Of a DNA stretch of 64,000 bases, positions 37,182-50,051 are shown in pieces. The stretch is from Styela clava (Eukaryota): assembly GCF_964204865.1 (NCBI RefSeq), contig NC_135253.1, positions 17,422,001 to 17,486,000 on the forward strand, read 5' to 3'. Every line of letters starts with the position of its first letter. Position 1 is the stretch's first letter. The notes below the pieces were generated by a model that did no database searches, had not been told where the DNA came from, and saw only the letters and a list, made by a program, of their open reading frames with translations. Both the position numbers and the translations under genes were made by a program.

Positions 37182-39098
37182 CCGTAAAACCGGCTAACTT
37201 CGGATGATTTCACTATATTTTGAACAATATCTCCGCCGCATGTTGTTCAACTGGAGCCAAATTTGGAATATAATACATTGTGGCTATTCTCGTCTTGATA
37301 AAGTCGGTTCCATATCCATCAAAGCCTTTTTTCATTGAAATTATTGTCTTTATTCGTCTATTCTAAAATTATCTAACTTCGGATGGCCACTTTTCTCTTT
37401 GCGTCAACTCGTCGTGAGAGAAAAATGTGTGCGTAAGCAATGACGCGTGACAACGTCGCTGAATAGACCTTACGCCGCCACGACCTGTCTTGCGTGTTGA
37501 ATACTGACGTTTACTACGTGACGTTACTCTTGCCGCTTCGCGAAGCTTAACTATTTATTCTTGTGTCCTTTATTATAACTCGTATATATTTCACTAACTA
37601 CTCCTAATTTATTGCAAAATGCTAGTTCGTTCTTTTATGATCGTTTATTTTCAATGCAAGAAAAGGATTAACAAAGAAAAAAAAACGGAAGAATTGAAAG
37701 TACCTAACACTGGTGTAGGTTGAAATTGAAATGCAATATTGAACAAGTAAAGAATGAACAAAAATTAGACAATTAAAAATAAACGGATGAATCGAATGAA
37801 ACACTGGCAAAAGTAAAAATTGAAATCAAAAAGCAATATGGAACAAGTAAGGTATGAACAAAAATTCGACAGTTAAAAATAAACAGATGAATTGAAGGAA
37901 ACGCTGGCAAAATCAAGAATTGTAATCATTTCCACATGGGTTAGACGGGTCTTTGCAACAGTTCTTGTGGAACCAATGTGTTTCGCTGCAGCTTTCGCAA
38001 CCGACCCATTCATCCTCAATTTCCGTACTTCCATTTGGATCATTCCATAATCCACAAGCAGAGCAGGTTTCGTCTTGATTATCACTTTTCATATTTTCTG
38101 ATTTTCTCAGAGCTCCCCGTTGATCGGCTCGGCAGAGGTTCCTGCCCGGTGTGACTTTCGATCCTCGCTTTCGTTTCACTTAATAAAGTCAAATGACAAT
38201 AAACGGATAAAAACGGCAAAAAGAAACTTTGCCACTTTTTTTCATTTTGCGCCTCACCTGTATGTGGTCCAACCTCCTGCTGTGTGCATGTATGTAGAGT
38301 TTTACGCTCACCTGTTAAAGATATTATTATCATCTGCCGATCGTAAACAGACATATCTAATCATTATGATCGTATAGATACATGTTTCAGGCCTAACGTA
38401 TTACCAATTGCTACGGTATCTATCGGTGTCGGAGGAAGTATGCAAAAACAAAAATCGACAAATTTCATATGCATTAAGCGTATGCATACCCATATTTTCA
38501 AATAAACAACATATGACTGAGACGATAGTGATGTTTTTGTAGGATTTAGTGACTAGGATCATGGATAAGCATAATTTTTAAATTTCACAAAACTGGGCGC
38601 CGCGATGTCTGGCGTTCAAATGTCGCAGCGAGTAACGCACGAGCTACGCAAAGTGACGTCGGCTACGAAGAGAGAGAACGGGATTTGCGTCGTTGACGTC
38701 ACGCTGTACGTAATCATCAAAACGTCGATATTTTGATGTAATTTTTAAATCAAAATAATCGATTTCACTCGAATCTCGTACGACACCTTGTGATCACTGT
38801 ATTTTTTTGTATACATTGTGTACGCTCTCTAGCGCTTGGCGGTGATTTGACGAAGGTAGCGTCTGTAGAAGTCACGATTTGAGCCGCTCGAAAAAACGGT
38901 GTCATTTTTTTGGTAAAATATGATTTTTTGAATGATAAAAAATCAAATCGAGCGATTGGAGGCTACGGCAGATTCAGATATGTAAGGCCTTACTATAGAA
39001 ACCGACAGAAGCGCAATACGACGAAATTTAGTTGAGATATGAATGATTGAAAATTTCATCCGAAGTTACAAGGCATCCGAAGTTAGCCGGTTTTACGG
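37182..39098 (-). mobile_element. pogo/Tigger-type DNA transposon deletion derivative with PHD-finger remnant
   Basis: Perfect 25-bp TIR CCGTAAAACCGGCTAACTTCGGATG with TA on both sides; extra internal TAACTTCGGATG copies at ~37376 and ~39057. Minus-strand ORF 37913-38179 encodes CSACG...WVGCESC...WFHKNC. Confidence 0.9.
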
Positions 39099-40033
39099 TA
39101 CCTAATTATTTTTAGGTTGGTACAGTTATTACCGGTATTCACTTAACGAACAATTCACATTGTGGAACCATTCGTAACTGACTGGATATTGTGTACCGGT
39201 AGGCCTACCGGTACCGGTATTTGAATGGATCGGTTGATAATGATGCTAAATTTGTGGCAAACGGTGGCAATGACAATCATATTACTGTATTAGATGTGGA
39301 TAATTAATATAATATGATGAATATTGTTTTACTCTGACTTATTTTAACAGTATTAAAAAACAAAAAAAATCATTTCATCTGTCAATAGACTAGATATTTA
39401 GGCAAATACCTTTGAAACAAACAGTTAAACAGTTGAAAACAATTAACATCGAGTCTATTCGTTGAAGGACTTCAATAGGCTTATAACAGTATAACTCGAT
39501 TATAGTCCAACCAGACAGCCGGACAATAGAATGGATATTCATCTAAACCAGGGGTGTGCAACATGCGGCCTGTTACCTGCAAGCCATTTAGTGTGGCACT
39601 TGTCAACACTCAGGTTTTTCCCATCAAGCATGAAATCCTGATCTGATAGTTTATGTTTAGAAAGTTGCTCACATGAGTGAAAATACATAATGTTTTTTTT
39701 GCTCACGTCGTTGCATTAAATCATTCGCCGATTTTCCCATTGCCTTTATTACGTATTCTCTTCTTTTACCTTTCTCGCGGCGCTATAGTTGTTGCTAATG
39801 TATTTTGTTGCTGCGGGCTTTCATAACACTCGGACATTTGTTTACAACATTGAATTGCAGGATGTTATGGAAACCAAGAGAAAACACTCTAAAAACAGTT
39901 TGGTCAATTTATTGAAAATTGTACGCTCATTTTCCTATATTTAGACTACCTCAGTCATAATGCTTCCTTTTAATTTGTATTTTAGTGAACTGTAAAAATT
40001 TGGTGATAGTAAAACACAGAAAACATAAATAAA

Positions 40034-42943
40034 ATGGCCAATAGTGCTGTTTCTCCAACTGATCCGTACGATGAGTCATCTTTCATGTCATCAGCATGGG
40101 TGTCTCATGGAACTACATTCAATCCCCTGTCTAATGGTGCAGTAAGTGACACAGATGATGAATTAATCAGTGCAATGCCATATAAAGATGATGTTTTCAA
40201 GGTAATTTCGTTCGTTATAATTATATAAACTGTTTGAATGAGTCCTTCCTTTTGAAATTTTCCTCATGTCATTTCTTGAGTGTTAAAAATGAAACAGTAT
40301 GTCTCAACCATTATCTACTATGGTAATCAATTGTTAGTCTTGACGTATTAGCAATAGCTTCGAAGTCTTACTCTTTACAATTAAACAAAAACTACAATAC
40401 ATTCATTTAGGTTAATCCAATTTTAATGAATGGTAAACTATATGGCAGAATATGACAGTACTGAATTTCACAATGAAAAACAGTTCCATTATCAAATATC
40501 TTTCAATTATTCATTCTTGATTTAAACTAAATAATTTGGATATCCTTTATCGCAAGTTACATGTGTTCTTGTTTTTTGTTTTCATAACTTGATCAATTTT
40601 TAGGAAGATGATGAACCTCCTTTGAATATTTCAACTTTTCATAATAAAGCTGATGTAGATTCCCCAAGTTCAAGGCGACATCTTCTTGAAGCACTTGACA
40701 AAGGAATGGGAGTAGGTTGGGATGAAGTTGGAACTTACGAGGATTTTCATACTATCGACTGGCTTCGAGAAATGTCAAGAGACAGGTTACGACATCGTCA
40801 AATTATTCATAGAAAACGAGAATCATGGCATAAGTTTTTTAAGGGTATGCATGATGCATGGTCCGGTTGGCTTGTCGTTTTACTTGTTGGACTCGCAGCT
40901 GGTACTTGTGCTGGTATTATTGATATTGTCTCAAAATGGATGACGGATTTAAAAGAAGGAATATGCCCTGATAAATTCTATTTAAACAAAGAATCATGTT
41001 GTTGGAGTGCCAATTTTTCTTTGGATCAAAATTCCTGTTCTGAATGGAAGACTTGGAGCGAAATGTTTTTCAATGAAAATATGAATGGTGCTGGCGTATA
41101 TATTGCGAATTATGCCGCATATGTTATTATTGCTGTTCTTTTAGCTACGATGGCTGTAATATTGGTTCGTACGTTTTCACCATACTCTTGTGGTTCTGGT
41201 ATTCCAGAAGTAAAAACTATTCTCAGTGGCTTTATTATCCGTGGTTATCTTGGGAAATGGACTTTACTGATTAAATCTGTTGCATCCCCATTGGCTGTGT
41301 CAGCTGGACTGAGCTTAGGTAAAGAAGGTCCACTTGTTCACGTTGCATGCTGTTGCGGAAATATATTTGCTCATCTATTTCCAAAATATGGTAAAAATGA
41401 AGCTAAACGCCGTGAAGTATTATCAGCGGCATCAGCAGCTGGAGTATCAGTGGCGTTTGGTGCTCCAATTGGTGGCGTTTTGTTCAGTTTAGAAGAAGTT
41501 AGTTACTATTTTCCTTTGAAAACATTATGGAGATCATTCTTTTGTGCGCTTGTTGCTGCTTTTATACTTCGTTCCATTAATCCTTTTGGCAATTCTCATC
41601 TTGTTATGTTCTACGTTACTTATAATAAGCCGTGGTTTCTTTTTGAACTCTTACCTTTTATACTATTAGGGGTATGTGGGGGTCTTTATGGTGCTTTTTT
41701 CAATCACTCTAATCTTCTGTGGTGTAAATTTCGTAAAAATTCTAAACTTGGGCAATATCCCATTCTTGAAGTTGTTTGTGTAACTCTGATTACTGCTCTT
41801 GCCTCATTTCCGAATCCATACACAAGAAAAAACACCAGTGAACTCATAGCAGAACTATTTCGAGAATGTGGACCAGATGACACGTCCGATATTTGTGATT
41901 ATGCTCCAGCTAACGTAACATTACCAAATGCTATTTCATCGCCAGCAAGCGATATAGGCGAAGGCATGAAGACTGCTTTGTGGCAGCTTGCTATTGCTCT
42001 GGCTTTTAAATCTGTCATCACTATATTTACATTTGGGATTAAAGTTCCTGCTGGACTTTTTATACCCACTATGGCAGTTGGTGCAATAACTGGCAGAATG
42101 CTTGGCATTGGAGTTGAGCAATTAGTCAATCAATATCCAGATGTAATTCTGTGGAATCAGAGCTGCAGTCCCCAGAAAAATTGTGTCACACCTGGCTTAT
42201 ATGCAATGGTTGGTGCTGCTGCAGCCCTCGGAGGAGTCACCAGAATGACTGTCTCTTTGGTTGTTATAATGTTTGAGCTCACTGGTGGTTTGCAATACAT
42301 TGTACCATTGATGGCTGCTGTGCTAACTAGCAAGTGGATTGGAGATGCATTTGGAAAAGAAGGCATTTATGATGGGCATATACATTTGAATGGTTATCCA
42401 TTTCTTGACAGTAAAGAGGAATTTACCCATACAACGTTAGCTACAGATGTGATGAGACCTCGAAGAAGTGATCCACCATTAACCACGATTACACAGGAAG
42501 GTATGACAGTTGGTGACTTGGAAACTATTATAAAAACAACAAAATATAATGGATTTCCTGTTATTAATACCAAAGAATCTCAGCGATTTGTCGGCTACGT
42601 TTATCGCCGAGATTTAATTGTTGCTCTTGAATCTGCTCGTCAACGTGATGACGGAATAGTGAGCACATCGCAAGTATTTTTCAAACTGGACACAAGTTTG
42701 CTTAGTGCTGGAGAACGAGTTCAGAGCAAAGTAACATTGTTCAACATTGTGGATTTCAGCCCAATTACTGTTACGGATCACACACCTATGGAAATAGTAA
42801 TGGAAATTTTTCGGAAACTTGGAGTAAGACAAACGCTTGTCACTCATAGTGGGAAACTGTTGGGTATTATTACTAAAAAAGATGTTTTGAGACATGTTGC
42901 TCAGATAAACCAGCAAGACCCAGATTCAATCATGTTCAACTAA
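40034..42943 (+). CDS. CLC-family H+/Cl- exchange transporter, CLC-3/4/5 subfamily (~835 aa; exons 40034-40201 and 40604-42943)
   Basis: Signature motifs GSGIPE, GKEGP (gating Glu), LFSLEE (proton Glu) and GLFIP, plus two C-terminal CBS domains ending in DPDSIMFN. Exon 1 ends AAG|GTAATT and the acceptor TTTTTAG|GAA at 40604 is in frame. Confidence 0.95.
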
Positions 42944-44808
42944 ATCAATCATCAGAATGTTTGATCTGACACCCAGTATAAAATTGAGCAGTATTCCAAT
43001 TTTTTCAGGCATCTCAATATTGCATGTGCTTATGAATGACAAAAGACGATAAGTTTATTTCATCATGCAAGAAATCAAAACACAAATCATTACATGAATG
43101 TTTATACATGTACATGTTATTATGAATGTTTACGTACAAGGAAACATAAACATAGAAGTTGTATCAATTGTAGCGAAATTGAATATTTAAGTTGTGGAAT
43201 ATTTATTTGGGTTTCACCCAGGGCTCATAAAACTTGAAAAAGATTACTTCCTTGGAATTTTGACTAGAGCTCACAACTTGAGAAAACCAAATTTTGATGG
43301 TTCAGCATATGAAAGTGTAATTGTCTGTTGTGAATGTTTCGTTAACTTAATGCTTTTTAGGTTCTGTCCAAAGTTTGCACTTTATCATCACCATTAAAGT
43401 CTGCAATGTCGACTCCCAACTCTGGAGAGTTTGAATATACAGCTCGGACTTCTCAAACATGTGTGACTTAACAGCTTTGGTTCAATTTGTCTTTTCAGTA
43501 TGAGATCCCAACATGATTTTCCTGACAGACTGAACCGTCAACATAAGACTTCTTTCTGCCTTGGTTTACATTTCTTATTCAAAGTAGTAGCAAATTACAC
43601 TTTTATTTCCTTTTCAAATATACCTGGAGATTATGATTATATATTGCTGTGAAGATTCCTATTATATTTATGCATATCGTTCAGTTCATTTAAAGCTTCG
43701 TCATGTTCTGTATTATGGTAATGTATGTCATATAAATATATATATATACTGGTATCTATAAAACTGAACCATTTTTGTGGAATCTGACAAATAAAGGAAG
43801 AGTGAGAGATCGAATTTAACCATACGGAGAAATACGTGTACATGTTATGTTTAAATAAAGCATATGCATTCGCTCGTATGCAGATGTTCGGATATGATGT
43901 AAATGCCATAGTTCAAATGAGTTGTGTTGTGAATGGCGTGTAAGTTGAAATGCCTCACACTTACAAGGTGGATTCAAATTTGCAACTTGCATTTGAAGGC
44001 TGTTCGCTGCTTCGACAAGTATGATCAAAGAAGATTCCTCGGAAGTACTTTTAATGACTCAGACTTGGCCATATTCGTATTTGATGATTGGCGCTCGGCT
44101 AAGTGTTAACAATTAATTCTCTTTCAGTCTCAATGCTGGCTGTAATTTGCGAAAATTTTGATTCTCGCGGAGGTCTGTATAGAAAGCGGTGATTTAGATT
44201 GGCCCACCAGCGCGTATTGGAATTTCGACCAATAGGGAGCCTTGTGATTTATGCCGATATTTGAAGTACATGATTTGTAATATTATTGTGGCATATTACT
44301 GCCTAGATCAGGGGTGTCAAACTTGCCGTAGAACTTCCAATGCGGCCCTCGAACGCTTAACAATAATTGTAATATTTTGTAAGTTTTTTTTATCTAAATG
44401 TAATACATTTTTCAAACCTTTCAAATTTGTCAAATTTATTATTCAAACAGAAAACGACAATTCACTGAAGGTAGTTTCGGAAAAATCAAAAAAAAAATTG
44501 TTTTCAATTTGTCCCAATTATGGATACACCTCAAGCTAGCAAAAGAATACTTGAAAAAAAAAAAATCAGGACTTAAATGAAACGCAAAGTACATGGAAAA
44601 GGTGGCATTTTCGAAAAAAAATGGGAGTTGAAATTTTGTAAAATTCTGAAGCACATTGTTTAATTTGTCACATTTCCACCAATACAATGAAAGAATCAAT
44701 ATAAGTAGACATTATCAGCTCAGCAGTCAATATGACAACTTCGAAGAAAATTCAAACAGAAATTTTTTTAGTGTTTGTATATTATTAGAATTATACAACT
44801 ACCTAGTT

Positions 44809-45284
44809 CAGGGTGGTTCAAGGTTGTTGGTTCCACGGGCCACAAAATTATTTTTGCATTGTTCGCGGGCCACAATAGTGCCAAGAATAGGTAAACAGTG
44901 CAATACAAAACAAACACTTTTATTGTGCAATCACATAGTTATCAGGCATAGCCATTCTAGGCTAATAGAATCCGCATTCGATTTTTACTTTTCTATGATA
45001 CCTATATTGTTAGCATATATTCCCCACCAAAAAGTTAGTAAGCCAGTTAACAATTTAGACTGCCAAGCACATCATTCAACTTCGCTAGTTTCCCCAGCTA
45101 GCTATAACACTATTTAATTCAGTGACATTAGTGATGACAATATATTTAAAGATTTTTCTGATTAATTTTACGACGAAAAACACGAAATGCGATTTTTTGA
45201 TTACTCTCCGAATGTGACGCGGGCCACAGATGATGAAGCGGCGGGCCCACATGTGGCCTGCGGGCTTGGGTTTGGACCACCCTG
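44809..45284. mobile_element. hAT Charlie-type MITE
   Basis: TIRs CAGGGTGGTTCAA / TTGGACCACCCTG; perfect TSD ACCTAGTT; GCGGGCC subterminal motifs. Confidence 0.9.
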
Positions 45285-45398
45285 ACCTAGTTACTAAAAA
45301 TCAATATCAATCATAACGCAAACGGTTTTATGCCAGGTAGAGGTAGTAAATGTGGCGTGTAAAGTCTGGCTGGAAAAGTCAGTCATTTGTTTGTTTAA

Positions 45399-45631
45399 TT
45401 ATTGGACACGTAGTGGACATAACGATCGTTTCAATATTATGTTGTTGTTCTTGTTCTTTGACACGTTTTTAAAAAGTCGCTTTTCTCTTCGAATACTGGA
45501 CCAATTGCTTTGAAATTTTCAGTGGTTAAAGATAAAAATTTTCTCCAGAAGGCTATTACTTTTTTTTCGCTATGACGTCATCAAAATTATGTGACTCTAC
45601 GTGTCCATATATTTGAGCATAGCTCTCTTGT
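45399..45631 (+). mobile_element. Helentron-associated (HINE-like) element
   Basis: Subterminal inverted repeat GGACACGTAG / CTACGTGTCC, GTT/CTT microsatellite and 3' hairpin GAGCATAGCTC followed by TCTTGT. Confidence 0.7.
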
Positions 45632-48482
45632 CTATACATGAAATGATGAACGTAATATTTTTGCATTGCTGGAATTAAATAAAACATTCTCGACGATCCA
45701 GATTAACCGATGATTGTGTGACCTCGTTAATTAGAGTTGGTACGGTGAACTCATTTCAGCCTGATATTAGTAAGCTGGCGGCACAAAAAAGATGCCAAAC
45801 GTCAGGACATATAAAATAAAAAAACATCTGTAGTTTATCTGTAGTATTTTTGTAAATTTTAGGTCTATATATTTAGATTGAGTCATTTTTAGTGTATATA
45901 TGTATTATTCTTTCCTTATCAAAACTTTATTCAAAAATCTTTTGGATAGTTGTACATAAAAATTTATGATATTTTGTAATAAATACAGTAAATTTAAATA
46001 ATAGTGAAATACAAAAATTAATATGTAAATGGCATTTGAAATTAAAAAAAATTACAAAACTTCATTCGGCTGATTAATTGCGTCACAATATATGTCACAA
46101 ACTACACCTAAAAATATGCTTCAAGTATTATCAAAATATATCAAAAACTGTTTGCGGCCCGTTGCACAATTCTCAAAATGCAATGCGGTAAACATGTGTA
46201 TATACTATGTTCTTGATTTTCATGAAAACTTCTTGAGCGGAATTTCCGACCCTTTGATTCCAATCATTTACTCACTTGCTTATCACGCTTGTTTACTATA
46301 GTTCAAAAAAGCATATGGAAGATACCACCAAAATTCCAGTCGCGCCTAATTTAGATCAGGCTTCGTTGCTCTATGAAGAGATAATGTGAGCCTAACAGGT
46401 GTTTTTACACGGAGTGAATGGGGCAACCGAAGCGAGTAACATAAATATAGAGGTAAACTTGTTTGGGAAAGTACGAAAGTTGCTTGATAAACAAAAGCAA
46501 CTTTCCATTTCCAAGTCGTTAATAAAACACTCAACTCAGCTGAGTAACTCGTTATTGTGAATATTTATTATTTCCCTTTCATGATTTCAAAGCAAATCTC
46601 GTGTTATTATTAATAGCGGTTAGGCGTACAGTTGAATATGAATGGGTTTGTTATTCCAGAGGGCTTCGCCGAAAATTTTATATTTGCATTTGTGAAATTT
46701 CCCGCGTCGTGAATAACGAGATTTGGGCTATTATTTATTCAATGATGGATTAGTGGTTATCACACTACTGCCTGAATTACCTAGTTATTAACAACTCCGA
46801 GTACACATACATAACGTACTGTGAATAGTCCTTTTTATTCCCTCAATTGGGCTCATTTGTATCCAACCAACCTAAAATTTTCTCTGACATTCTTCGCCAG
46901 TACCACCCAAGTATAAAACCGCAAACATGTTATCGCTATAAAAGACTTAGATATCCGGTATAAACCATTTTAAGATTGTACAAAATGCGATGCATACTAT
47001 AAAGACAAATATCATACAATCGTCGATATACTTTTTGCGTTTTTAGTTATTGAAATATTCGCACTCGAAAATGCGTAATTGAACCGACACAATTGCCAGC
47101 TGAAAATACTTTGATACATAAACGTAGAATTCAGTGAAACCTCTTTTTAGATGAAATCCGAAAAATATTTTAAAATGCATTTTTTTAAGAAATCGTTAAA
47201 ATCACTGCCACTATTTCTGTTTATTTTTATATAGAGAAGTGTGCCATAGAAAAGTATTTTCATAACAATGCATCGTTAAATTCACACGAGTGTACGATGA
47301 CTGCAAATTTTTGGTATATTTTACCCTGGTATCTAGTAGTATACCTCCCAATCAAGGCACGCACTTTTTTGCCAAACCCCATAATGATTTATTTTATCCA
47401 GTGAGGCTATACAAATATGCCATTTCATACAAAATAATCCAAGCGTGGTAAAATAATATTATTCTCCTTTGAATGTGAGAGAATAATCAAGATATTCAGT
47501 CATATCTTCTTGAAACGATCATTCATATTTCAAGTGCAGAACGTGCCTTCTACAGTTCTACTCAGTGTTCGCAGGAGTTCGTGGGTTTCGATCAGTGAAA
47601 GTTATAAGGTTATTGAGAAGATCGTTACAGTTAAAGAGAAAATGCCAGAAAATGTATGTCATTGAATTAGTTGTTGATCATATAATCCAGTTCGTCTAGT
47701 CGTGGAAGTTTGGTTAGATTGAGTTTGCAAAAAGCAAATATGTAAAGTTCGTTACATTGAACAACATTCTTATCATTCATTGCAGAACTATCGCCAGCGT
47801 TCTTAGCGAATTTAAATTGTGATGAGATAGCAAATACGACTTCCTTTGGTTTGAACTATATGGCAGACCAATAATCCACTACAAAGGTTTTCCAAATTCT
47901 AAATGTTTTCGGATGAAATAGATTTGACTTACCTCAAATGGTATCATTCATACATTCCTATTCTCAAATTAGTTTTTACAAACTTTTTTATTCAAATTTT
48001 TTCCAGCTATTTTCTACTAATTCTGTTCTACTTTTGAGCCCCTCAAATAAAATTAATAATTGACAGATGACAAGTTTTCATAAAGTTTCCCTTCAACTGA
48101 ATTTGAAGTAATTTAAAGTATATATCTTAAAGTACTATCCGAAAATAAATAATATATAATTTATAAAATCATCAGTGATTCCTGATTGTGTTGTCATTCA
48201 TGTATTACATAAACAACTCCCAATTCAGTCGCTATACTGTTTATTTCAAAGGTGGCCATCATGGACGACTGGTGGTGGTGGTTAGAGCGTTTTACTTGAG
48301 CGGTGGTTAAACTTTTCCGTTCCAAGTCCCAAGCATGGCGTCTCACCTAGGGTGCAACTTATTGGCTATTCAATGTTATACCCGTATAGTTATTCTTAAC
48401 GTATCATTAGCTGGTGAGCCTTTTTGAATAGTGAAATGCGCAAAAAGGTCGTAAAAAGTACGCGCCCTATAGTCTCTTGGAC

Positions 48483-48937
48483 CAGTGGTTGGTTCCCAGC
48501 CCTTTTTTCAAGCGACCTAAATATTTAAAAGAATTAATTTTGTAAAATTTCCCGACCAAACGATATGCTCGCATACGGTACACTAAACCGCACGTTGTGC
48601 GTATATGACTGCAGAATTAAATTACTAACACAAAACAGTCATTTTTACATAACATTTATTTTAACAGAACTGGTAAACTCGCACTAGTGAGATGATTAGC
48701 GATCTGCGAGGTATTTAAATCATTGCGTCGCTTCAAGCAAAATGGATGCTCTTATCCCTATTAGGTTTTTGTGCTGTAATACTTCTCAAATATACAATTA
48801 CTATTGAACAACACATCAATACCAAATATAAAATGAGCAACTAAATTTACTACGAACTTAAATCAGTAATTTTTAGATTTTTTTTAAAAAAACAAGCGAC
48901 CCAAGAAGATTTGCAACCCATGGGTTGGAAAATACTG
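48483..48937. mobile_element. Degenerate hAT MITE
   Basis: Ends CAGTGGTT..TCCCA / TGGGTTGGAAAATACTG with GCGACC subterminal motifs; TSD decayed. Confidence 0.55.
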
Positions 48938-49489
48938 TTTTAGTCTGTATGTTTTCAGTCTCTATTGTAGATAATTTCCTACAAAGCTCAATAACAAAAT
49001 CGAATCCACTATGTTGTTTTCTATCCAATTTTCTTTCTGATAATAATATATCACAGTCGGAATCTCATTGTTGCCAATTCGTATTAATATCAAATACCTT
49101 TATTCAATTTTCAAAAACTAGAAAAAAACACGCATGTTATGACAAATCATTAAATCAATGAGATATAGTTTCACCACAAATATTTTTAAATGTGGTGTTT
49201 TACCAATGACCCATACTCATTAATTAACGCATATTTTTAAATAAACTGCCAACATTGGTGGTCTGTAATCACCCATTTCCAATTTCTCAACTTCGACGAA
49301 GCATTTTGATATCAGTATATTTACCTCAAATCGACAAAACAGCCACAAAATTTCTGATTATGGAGTTCGAGAACGGTAAAAGAAATCGCCTTTGTTTTGT
49401 GTAAACATGTTATTTTGGAACTAATTCGTGTAAAGCTGTAGCAAATATTCCATGCCTGTTGTCGCCTTATCTTTATACATAAATCAAAG

Positions 49490-49698
49490 GGCGCTCCAGA
49501 AGTATGTGTACCAATATGGAGTTAACTAATTTTGTTCGCCTATTTCACATCAAGTTGTGTAAAGAGACTGAAACCTTTTAGAAGGGGGTATATTTACTTG
49601 GCTGACACAGACAGTCCCCAAACTTGTAATATAACTAAAATAGGGGAAAATAAAATTATGCCCTAACCCTAACCTGGTACACATACTACGGGAGTACC
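49490..49698. mobile_element. TTAGGG-containing MITE (MULE-like)
   Basis: GG...CC termini with inverted AGTATGTGTACCA; TSD AATCAAAG on both sides; CCCTAACCCTAACC at ~49661. Confidence 0.8.
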
Positions 49699-50051
49699 AA
49701 TCAAAGCACCCTCGCTGAAAATATACTACCTGCAACATAGGTTCGGAGTTATGCATGTATAACTTGGATAAAAAATATATGCAGTGTTAAATTTTTTTTT
49801 ATATTATGAATATTTTTTTATCATTTTGATGTGAATTCTTAAAAATTTCAGAATATCTTTCGCGGAAAGTTGAGCATTTCTTTTTTAATTTCATGGTATT
49901 GAAATTTTGATTTTATTAGATAAAAAAGTGTAACTTTAGTGAAACTTTCACTGGGTTGTAGCGATTTTCCTGACTAGCATTCCCGAGTGATTTTGTGAGT
50001 TTGATCACGAATAATTGGTTTTTATCAGATGCCATCTTAATAGCTTTCAAT

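Larger units (their letters stand above)
44309..46256 (+). mobile_element. Old hAT Buster/SPIN element with nested insertions (right boundary uncertain)
   Basis: Left end CAGGGGTGTCAAACT...GCGGCCC; degenerate BED-finger translation AHCLIC...NISRHY at ~44650-44720; possible right end CCGACCCTTTG at ~46256. Confidence 0.5.

Noticed and set aside
41899-42916. Antisense ORFs within the CLC exon
   Set aside because: Expected shadows of a long coding exon.
48262-48332. tRNA-like A/B box sequence (TGGTGGTGGTTAGAGCG...GTTCCAAGTCCC)
   Set aside because: No cloverleaf could be folded; at best a decayed tRNA-derived SINE head.
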